From the NCBI GenBank assembly GCA_023954195.1, contig JAMLIK010000001.1, positions 1,226,628-1,290,627 on the forward strand: 64,000 nt of DNA, read 5' to 3'. Source of the DNA: Xanthobacteraceae bacterium (GTDB lineage Bacteria; Pseudomonadota; Alphaproteobacteria; Rhizobiales; Xanthobacteraceae). The stretch's first letter is position 1, and every line of letters starts with the position of its first letter. The position numbers and the translations under genes were made by a program. Under the pieces are notes generated by a model that did no database searches, was not told where the DNA came from, and saw only the letters and a program-made list of their open reading frames with translations. This document shows, one piece after another, positions 58,467 through 64,000 of this stretch.

Positions 58467-59104
58467 TGGGCGCTCCGGCGAAATTCCTGTTCGATGTCGA
58501 TTTCTCCGCGCCCGCCAAGGCACGAGAGCCCGCGGCGACACCGGCCGAGATCGCCGCGCGGGTGGCGCAGGCCGAGGCGCAAGCCTATCGCGCCGGCTTC
58601 GACGCCGCGCAGCGCGAAAGTCATGTCGAGAGCGAACACCGGAGCGCCGCGGCGCTCCAGCAGATCGGCGACAGCATCGCCGCCATCGCGGCCCGATTCG
58701 CCGAGATCGAGGGCCGCCTGCAAACCGAGGCGGTGAACGTCGCGGTCGCCACCGCCCGCAAGTTGAGCGGCGCGCTGATCGCGGCCGAGCCGCTGACCGA
58801 GGTCGTCGAACTGGTCCGCGACTGCTTCAAGCATCTCGTGACCACGCCGCATCTGGTGATCCGGATCAACGACGGCCTGTATGAGCAGGCCCACGAGGCT
58901 TTCGAGCGCATGGCCAAGCAAAGCGGCTTTTCGGGCCGCCTGATCGTGCTGGCGGAACCCGACATCGCCGCCGGCGACTGCAAGATCGAATGGGCGGACG
59001 GGGGCGTCATGCGCGAGGCCGCCGCCATCGACGCCAAGATCACCGAACTGGTCGCGCGCTACATCGCATCGCACCGCCACAACGCCACGAGGACGACACC
59101 ATGA
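58466..59104 (+). CDS. fliH: Flagellar export/assembly protein FliH (FlbE position of the Caulobacter fliF operon)
   Basis: 212 aa. ATG overlaps the fliG stop (TGATG). Ala/Glu-rich helical N-half and C-terminal domain. Position between fliG and fliN. Confidence 0.6.
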   Translation: MGAPAKFLFDVDFSAPAKAREPAATPAEIAARVAQAEAQAYRAGFDAAQRESHVESEHRSAAALQQIGDSIAAIAARFAEIEGRLQTEAVNVAVATARKLSGALIAAEPLTEVVELVRDCFKHLVTTPHLVIRINDGLYEQAHEAFERMAKQSGFSGRLIVLAEPDIAAGDCKIEWADGGVMREAAAIDAKITELVARYIASHRHNATRTTP

Positions 59105-59454
59105 GCGACATCGACGGGAAGGTTCCGTTGCAGGATCTCAACGCCGCCGACGCGCCGTCGATCGTGGACGACGCCGGCGGCGGCGACGAGCAACTGACCA
59201 CGCGCGTCGCCTCCGATCTGGAGGCCGTGTTCGACGTGCCCGTTCAGGTGTCGGCGGTGCTTGGCCGCTCCAGGATGGGCGTCGGCGAGTTGTTGAAACT
59301 CGGCCCCGGCACCGTTCTCGAACTCGACCGCCGCGTCGGCGAGGCCATCGATATTTACGTCAACAACCGGCTGGTGGCGCGCGGCGAAGTCGTGCTCGTC
59401 GAGGACAAGCTTGGCGTCACCATGACCGAAATCATCAAGGCCGAGCGCGCCTGA
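59101..59454 (+). CDS. fliN: Flagellar motor switch protein FliN
   Basis: 117 aa with ATGA overlap. SpoA domain (VPVQVSAVLGRSRMGVGELLKLGPGTVLELDRRVGEAIDIYVNNRLVARGEVV). Confidence 0.9.
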   Translation: MSDIDGKVPLQDLNAADAPSIVDDAGGGDEQLTTRVASDLEAVFDVPVQVSAVLGRSRMGVGELLKLGPGTVLELDRRVGEAIDIYVNNRLVARGEVVLVEDKLGVTMTEIIKAERA

Positions 59455-59480
59455 GGCGCGGATCGCAACAGGAGCAAATC

Positions 59481-60866
59481 ATGCGGCTTCTCATTGTCGG
59501 AACCCTGAAGGGGCAACTGACCACCGCAACGAAGATCGCCATGGACAACGGCGCCTCGGTCACCCACGCCGAGACCAGCGATCAGGCGATGCGCGTGCTG
59601 CGCGGCGGCAAGGGCGCCGACCTTTTGCTGGTCGACGTCGCGCTGGATATTCGTGATCTGGTGCTGCGGCTTGAGGCCGAGCATATCCACGTGCCGATCG
59701 TCGCCTGCGGCATCGCCAGCGACGCCCGCGCCGCGGTCGCCGCCATCCACGCCGGCGCGAAGGAATACATCCCGCTGCCGCCCGACCCGGAACTGATCGC
59801 GGCGGTGCTGGCGGCGGTCGCCAACGATTCCCGCGACCTGATCTATCGCGACGAGGCCATGGCCAGGGTCATCAAGCTGGCGCAACAGATCGCCGGCTCC
59901 GACGCCTCGATCATGATCACCGGCGAATCCGGCACCGGCAAGGAAGTGCTGGCGCGCTATGTCCACGGCCGCTCGCCGCGCGCGAAGCGGCCGTTCATTT
60001 CGGTCAATTGCGCGGCGATCCCCGAGCACCTCCTGGAAAGCGAACTATTCGGCCACGAGAAAGGCGCCTTCACCGGCGCCATCGCGCGCCGCATCGGCAA
60101 GTTCGAGGAGGCCGGCGGCGGCACGCTGCTGCTCGACGAAATCTCCGAGATGGATGTCCGGTTGCAATCGAAACTGTTGCGCGCGATTCAGGAGCGCGTC
60201 ATCGACCGCGTCGGCGGCGCGCGCCCGGTGCCGGTGGATATCCGCATCATCGCCACCTCGAACCGCAATCTGGCGGATGCAGTGCGCGAGGGCACCTTTC
60301 GCGAAGACCTCTTGTTCCGGCTCAACGTCGTCAACCTGAAGCTGCCGCCGCTGCGCGAGCGCCCAGCCGACATCCTGGAACTGGCGCAGCATTTCGCCAA
60401 GAAATACGCCGACGCCAATGGCGTTGCCGTTCGCCCGATTTCGAACGAGGCGCGGCGGGTGCTTGCCGCCAACCGCTGGCAGGGCAACGTCCGCGAACTG
60501 GAAAACACCCTGCATCGGGCCGTGCTGATGGCGCAAGGCGATGAAATCGGTGCCGACGCGATTCTCACGCCGGACGGCGACCGGCTCGATCTGGCGAAAT
60601 CCGCCCCCGCCGTGGCGCACGCGACGCTGGCGGCCGAGCAGGTGACGCGCGCACTGGTCGGCCGCACCGTGGCCGATGTCGAGCGCGATCTCATTCTCGA
60701 AACGTTGAAGCATTGCCTCGGCAACCGCACCCACGCCGCCAACATTCTCGGCATCTCGATCCGCACACTGCGCAACAAGCTGAACGAATACGCCGACGGC
60801 GGCCTGCCGATCACCCCGGCCGGCCTCGGCGGCGGCGACTACCGCAGCCTCCCCGCTACCGCCTGA
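59481..60866 (+). CDS. flbD: Sigma-54-dependent flagellar transcriptional activator (receiver-AAA+-HTH)
   Basis: 461 aa with AGGAG RBS. Receiver-like N-domain, Walker A GESGTGKE, GAFTGA loop (EKGAFTGA) and C-terminal Fis-type HTH (GNRTHAANILGISIRTLRNKL). Confidence 0.9.
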   Translation: MRLLIVGTLKGQLTTATKIAMDNGASVTHAETSDQAMRVLRGGKGADLLLVDVALDIRDLVLRLEAEHIHVPIVACGIASDARAAVAAIHAGAKEYIPLPPDPELIAAVLAAVANDSRDLIYRDEAMARVIKLAQQIAGSDASIMITGESGTGKEVLARYVHGRSPRAKRPFISVNCAAIPEHLLESELFGHEKGAFTGAIARRIGKFEEAGGGTLLLDEISEMDVRLQSKLLRAIQERVIDRVGGARPVPVDIRIIATSNRNLADAVREGTFREDLLFRLNVVNLKLPPLRERPADILELAQHFAKKYADANGVAVRPISNEARRVLAANRWQGNVRELENTLHRAVLMAQGDEIGADAILTPDGDRLDLAKSAPAVAHATLAAEQVTRALVGRTVADVERDLILETLKHCLGNRTHAANILGISIRTLRNKLNEYADGGLPITPAGLGGGDYRSLPATA

Positions 60867-60867
60867 G

Positions 60868-61047
60868 TCAGACGGGCGCGACGACGAGGATCATCGAATA
60901 GCTCGGCGCGTCGGGGTCTCGATAGATCTCGATCGGATCGCCGGGCGTGATGCGGGGCGCGGTCAACGCAAGATAGAGATAGGCCAGCAGATAGGCCACC
61001 GACAGCGCGCCGATCGTGTAGAACAGCCAGACCAATATCCGTTTCAT
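60868..61047 (-). CDS. Possible 59-aa single-pass membrane protein (below the ORF-track length cutoff)
   Basis: Translated by hand as MKRILVWLFYTIGALSVAYLLAYLYLALTAPRITPGDPIEIYRDPDAPSYSMILVVAPV. It is less GC-rich, has a hydrophobic N-terminus, and its stop is 1 nt from the flbD stop. Confidence 0.35.
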   Translation of the reverse strand: MKRILVWLFYTIGALSVAYLLAYLYLALTAPRITPGDPIEIYRDPDAPSYSMILVVAPV

Positions 61048-61181
61048 GCGCGTTCATAACATGCGGCGGCGGCGCGCGTACGGCCTCGTCCGTCATGAAC
61101 TTGCACAGCGGCGGCGAACCATTAGTTTGAGCGGACCAAATCATCGCCGCGGTTGCGGCCACCGTTTCCTCTTGAACAGCC

Positions 61182-62291
61182 ATGCCGACTTTCACCCCTC
61201 ATCAGGACGCCGCCCTCAAAGCCGTCGCCGACTGGTTGAAAGCCAAACCCGGCCGCGACGGCACGCCGCCGGTATTCCGGTTGTTCGGCTATGCCGGCAC
61301 CGGCAAGACCACTTTGGCGCGGCATATCGCCGACGGCGTCAGCGGCGAGGTCAAGTTCGCCGCCTTCACCGGCAAGGCCGCGCTGGTGATGCGCAACAAG
61401 GGCTGCGACAACGCCTCGACCATCCACTCGCTGATCTACCGGGCCCGCGAGTCCGGCGAGGAACAGCCGAGCTTCGAACTGTGGGACGACGCGCCCGCCT
61501 CGAAAGCCAAGCTGATCGTGATCGACGAATGCTCGATGGTCGACGCCGAACTCGGCCGCGACCTGATGTCGTTCGAGTGTCCGCTGCTGGTGCTGGGCGA
61601 TCCCGCCCAGCTTCCGCCGATCCAGGGCGGCGGCTTCTTCACCAACGCCACGCCGGACGCGATGCTGACCGAGGTGCATCGTCAGGCCCAGGACGATCCC
61701 ATCGTACGGATGTCGATGGCGGTGCGCGAGGGCCGCCCGCTGGAAATCGGCGAGTACGGCGCCAGCCAGGTGGTGCGCCGCGACGGGCTCGATCCCGACC
61801 GCGTCATGCAGGCCGATCAGGTTCTGGTTGGCCGCAACGCCACCCGCCGCGCCTACAACATGCGGGTTCGACAACGCCAGAACATCGAGGATCCGCTGCC
61901 GGTCGCCGGCGACAAGCTGGTCTGCCTGCGCAACAATCGCAAGAAGGCGTTGTTCAATGGCGGTCTCTGGCGGGTCAAATCGCGCACCAAATCGAAATCC
62001 GCCGTCCTCACCATGCGACTGTCGCCTGACGAGGATTTCGGCTCGCGCGTCACCAAGGTCTCGGTGCGCGCCGACTGCTTTTCCGGCGGCGTCGAGGACA
62101 TTCCGTGGGAGCAGCGTCGTCCCTATGACGAATTCGATTACGGCTATGTGCTGACCGTCCATAAGTCGCAAGGCTCGCAGTGGGACGACGTGGTGCTGTT
62201 CGACGAAAGCTTCGCCTTTCAGGACAGCCGCTCCCGCTGGCTCTACACCGGGATCACCCGCGCGGCGAAACGCCTCAGCATCGTAATCTGA
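61182..62291 (+). CDS. Compact SF1B helicase, RecD/Dda-like (AAA_30 + UvrD_C_2 type)
   Basis: 369 aa. Walker A GYAGTGKTT, Walker B LIVIDECSMV, GDPAQLPP, and C-terminal LTVHKSQGSQWDDVVL...YTGITRA. Confidence 0.8.
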   Translation: MPTFTPHQDAALKAVADWLKAKPGRDGTPPVFRLFGYAGTGKTTLARHIADGVSGEVKFAAFTGKAALVMRNKGCDNASTIHSLIYRARESGEEQPSFELWDDAPASKAKLIVIDECSMVDAELGRDLMSFECPLLVLGDPAQLPPIQGGGFFTNATPDAMLTEVHRQAQDDPIVRMSMAVREGRPLEIGEYGASQVVRRDGLDPDRVMQADQVLVGRNATRRAYNMRVRQRQNIEDPLPVAGDKLVCLRNNRKKALFNGGLWRVKSRTKSKSAVLTMRLSPDEDFGSRVTKVSVRADCFSGGVEDIPWEQRRPYDEFDYGYVLTVHKSQGSQWDDVVLFDESFAFQDSRSRWLYTGITRAAKRLSIVI

Positions 62292-62485
62292 AATCGCGAC
62301 GGCGCGTTGAACCCTTCCGTCGCCGTGTACGACAGACCTGCCGGGAACCCATCGCGCCAAACCACCGCTTGGGGACGAAAATGGCGCCGAATGGAACCTT
62401 GCTATCGTTGACAAGAATACGCCACAGGTTTGATCCAATGGCTTGGTCCAATGGTTCGATCCATGTGACCAACAGGAGAAATGAA

Positions 62486-62863
62486 ATGGGTTTTGCAAAA
62501 ATGGCGGGCGCGGCGCTGCTCGGGGGCTCAATCGCGCTGGCGTTCGCGATGCCGGCGAATGCCGCGCCGCTCCTCAGCGCCCAGAGCGCGCTATCCGCCG
62601 CCGCGCCGTCGTCGGTCGATACGGTGCAATACCGGCGCTGGCACGGCGGCCCTCACCATCATCATGGCTATTACGGCAACAACGCCGGCGCCGTACTCGG
62701 CGGCCTCGCGGCCGGCGCCATCATCGGCGGCGCGATCGCAGCAGGCCAGGCCAACGCCGCCGCCCAGCAGCACGCCGCCTATTGCGCCCAGCGCTACCGG
62801 TCCTACGATCCGGCCTCCAACACCTTCCTGGCGCGGGACGGCAACCGCTACCTCTGCCAGTAG
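62486..62863 (+). CDS. BA14K-family secreted protein
   Basis: 125 aa from ATG at 62486 after AGGAG. Signal peptide, Gly/Ala-rich spacer, and C-terminal BA14K motif YCAQRYRSYDPASNTFLARDGNRYLC. Confidence 0.8.
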   Translation: MGFAKMAGAALLGGSIALAFAMPANAAPLLSAQSALSAAAPSSVDTVQYRRWHGGPHHHHGYYGNNAGAVLGGLAAGAIIGGAIAAGQANAAAQQHAAYCAQRYRSYDPASNTFLARDGNRYLCQ

Positions 62864-62889
62864 TCCGGCAGTCGGAATTTCGCGACCCG

Positions 62890-62925
62890 AAGCCGCGGGA
62901 CTCGTCTCCCGCGGCTTTGTCTTTT
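62890..62925 (+). terminator. Rho-independent terminator after the BA14K gene
   Basis: 11-bp stem AAGCCGCGGGA / TCCCGCGGCTT with a 6-nt loop, then TGTCTTTT. Confidence 0.8.
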
Positions 62926-63074
62926 GCGGTGTCGCCCGCATCGGCGACAATCGCTCACGCCATTGTGTCCGTGACATCGTGCCGGACCGGACGCCCGGCC
63001 TATCCTTGACGTATCGCCATGCGACAATAATCGGCCATCGGATCGATCCGTCTCGGAAACCATCGGGAGGCCCC

Positions 63075-63782
63075 ATGCGCCCGCTCCAATCTGCTCCGTC
63101 CCGTCTCGGCCTCGCCGCCGCCTTGGCGATCTCGTTTGCTGCTCCCGCGCTGGGCGCCGAGAAGGCCGTTGCCATCCCGCCGCCGACGATCGACCTGCCG
63201 GCCGAGGCCGGCACCCGGACGGCCGTGCTCGCCGGCGGCTGCTTCTGGGGCGTTCAGGGGGTGTTCCAGCACACCGCCGGCGTACTCAGCGCCGTGTCGG
63301 GCTATGCCGGGGGCGACAAGAGCACCGCGATGTACGAGATCGTCGGCACCGGCGCGACGGGGCACGCCGAGTCGGTGGAAATCAAATACGATCCGCGCAA
63401 GATCAGCTATGGCAAGATCCTGCAAATCTACTTCTCGGTGGCCCACGACCCGACGCAGTTGAACCGGCAGGGACCGGATGTCGGCACGCAGTACCGCTCC
63501 GCCATCTTCACCACCGACGACGCGCAGAAGAAGGTCGCCGATGCCTATATCGCTCAGTTGAACGCGGCAAAAGTGTTCGGCAAGCCGATCGTCACCACGG
63601 TCGACCCGCTCAAAGGGTTCTATCCGGCGGAATCCTATCATCAGGACTACCTGACATTGCACCCGCGCCAACCCTATATTGTCTACAACGATCTTCCGAA
63701 GATCGAGAATCTGAAGACGATGTTCACCGACAGCTACATCGAGAAGCCAACGCTGGTGAATGCCGGCAAGGCGACGAACTGA
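63075..63782 (+). CDS. msrA: Peptide methionine-S-sulfoxide reductase with N-terminal signal peptide
   Basis: ATG at 63075 after GGGAGG. Signal peptide MRPLQSAPSRLGLAAALAISFAAPALG-AE. Catalytic GCFWG is the only Cys in the protein. The track ORF from 62481 is a run-through artefact. Confidence 0.9.
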   Translation: MRPLQSAPSRLGLAAALAISFAAPALGAEKAVAIPPPTIDLPAEAGTRTAVLAGGCFWGVQGVFQHTAGVLSAVSGYAGGDKSTAMYEIVGTGATGHAESVEIKYDPRKISYGKILQIYFSVAHDPTQLNRQGPDVGTQYRSAIFTTDDAQKKVADAYIAQLNAAKVFGKPIVTTVDPLKGFYPAESYHQDYLTLHPRQPYIVYNDLPKIENLKTMFTDSYIEKPTLVNAGKATN

Positions 63783-63821
63783 CGCGACATCGCAAAGTCA
63801 CGAACGTCACGAGGAGGCTCC

Positions 63822-64000
63822 ATGTCCGATACCGCAGAGCGATCCGGGAAGGTTCAGAAGACCGACAGCGAGTGGCGCAACGACCTGACGCCGATGCAAT
63901 ACGCGGTGCTGCGCGAGAAGGCGACCGAGCGCCCGTTCTCCGGCGAGTACGAGTATACCGATACGCCGGGCGTCTATGTCTGCGCCGGCTGCGGCCAGAC
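63822..64000 (+). CDS. msrB: Peptide methionine-R-sulfoxide reductase (5' part; runs off the window)
   Basis: ATG at 63822 after GAGGAGG. WRNDLTPMQYAVLREKATERPFSGEY...YVCAGCGQ contains the first CxxC of the SelR zinc site. Confidence 0.85.
   Translation, partial: MSDTAERSGKVQKTDSEWRNDLTPMQYAVLREKATERPFSGEYEYTDTPGVYVCAGCGQ

Noticed and set aside
62481-63074. N-terminal 198 codons of the 433-aa ORF 62481-63782, which would fuse the BA14K region to msrA.
   Set aside because: It is out of frame with the BA14K gene, which has an AGGAG RBS, a signal peptide and the family motif. It also runs through a strong terminator at 62890-62925. msrA has its own GGGAGG RBS and signal peptide at 63075.

Overview
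High-GC (~65%) chromosomal segment. Gene content (fixNOQP-fixGH, a CtrA/SciP/FlbD-type flagellar cluster, BA14K, PmtA-like methyltransferase) and the REP-type palindromes suggest an alphaproteobacterium of the Bradyrhizobium/Rhodopseudomonas/Afipia type; this is inference, as no search was run. I support about 58 protein-coding genes. I saw no rRNA, tRNA, CRISPR array, transposase, integrase or phage genes. Gene order: RHH antitoxin-like fragment; TPP enzyme; L,D-transpeptidase; ivd; orphan CYP153-like P450; acyl-CoA dehydrogenase/CoA-transferase/hot-dog hydratase trio; benzoylformate-decarboxylase-like enzyme; BisC-like molybdoenzyme; SDR; hemolysin-III; ycjX-ycjF; GT39 glycosyltransferase; cspA; two unknown exported proteins; CoA-transferase; GST; lemA-TPM-TPM. 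Next comes a long minus-strand sulfur array (sqrR-like, HDAC-family, cysJ, cysI, metB, dapA-like, orphan coxL-like) diverging from sqr-DUF2892-MFP-RND. Then ccoNOQP-ccoGH without fixIS; a DevBCA/MacAB-like exporter; mnmA-pmtA; the flagellar cluster fliK-flgD / sciP / fliF-fliG-fliH-fliN-flbD; a Dda/RecD-like helicase; BA14K; msrA-msrB. The most interesting signal is the sulfur hub around a BigR/SqrR-type regulator. Its two cysteines are exactly 66 residues apart, and an ATTC-N8-GAAT palindrome lies at its own start codon. A second copy of that palindrome lies 12 kb away in front of the ABC exporter. A second sequence-level result is a shared GGCAAAT-N-TTGCC palindrome. It occurs about 100 bp upstream of a well-spaced sigma-54 promoter (fliK) and again in the fliF promoter next to a TTAACCAT CtrA half-site. 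Start codons were chosen by RBS, overlap and signal-peptide logic. All family calls come from motif recognition by eye. Many long ORFs in the six-frame track are antisense artefacts of the high GC content.
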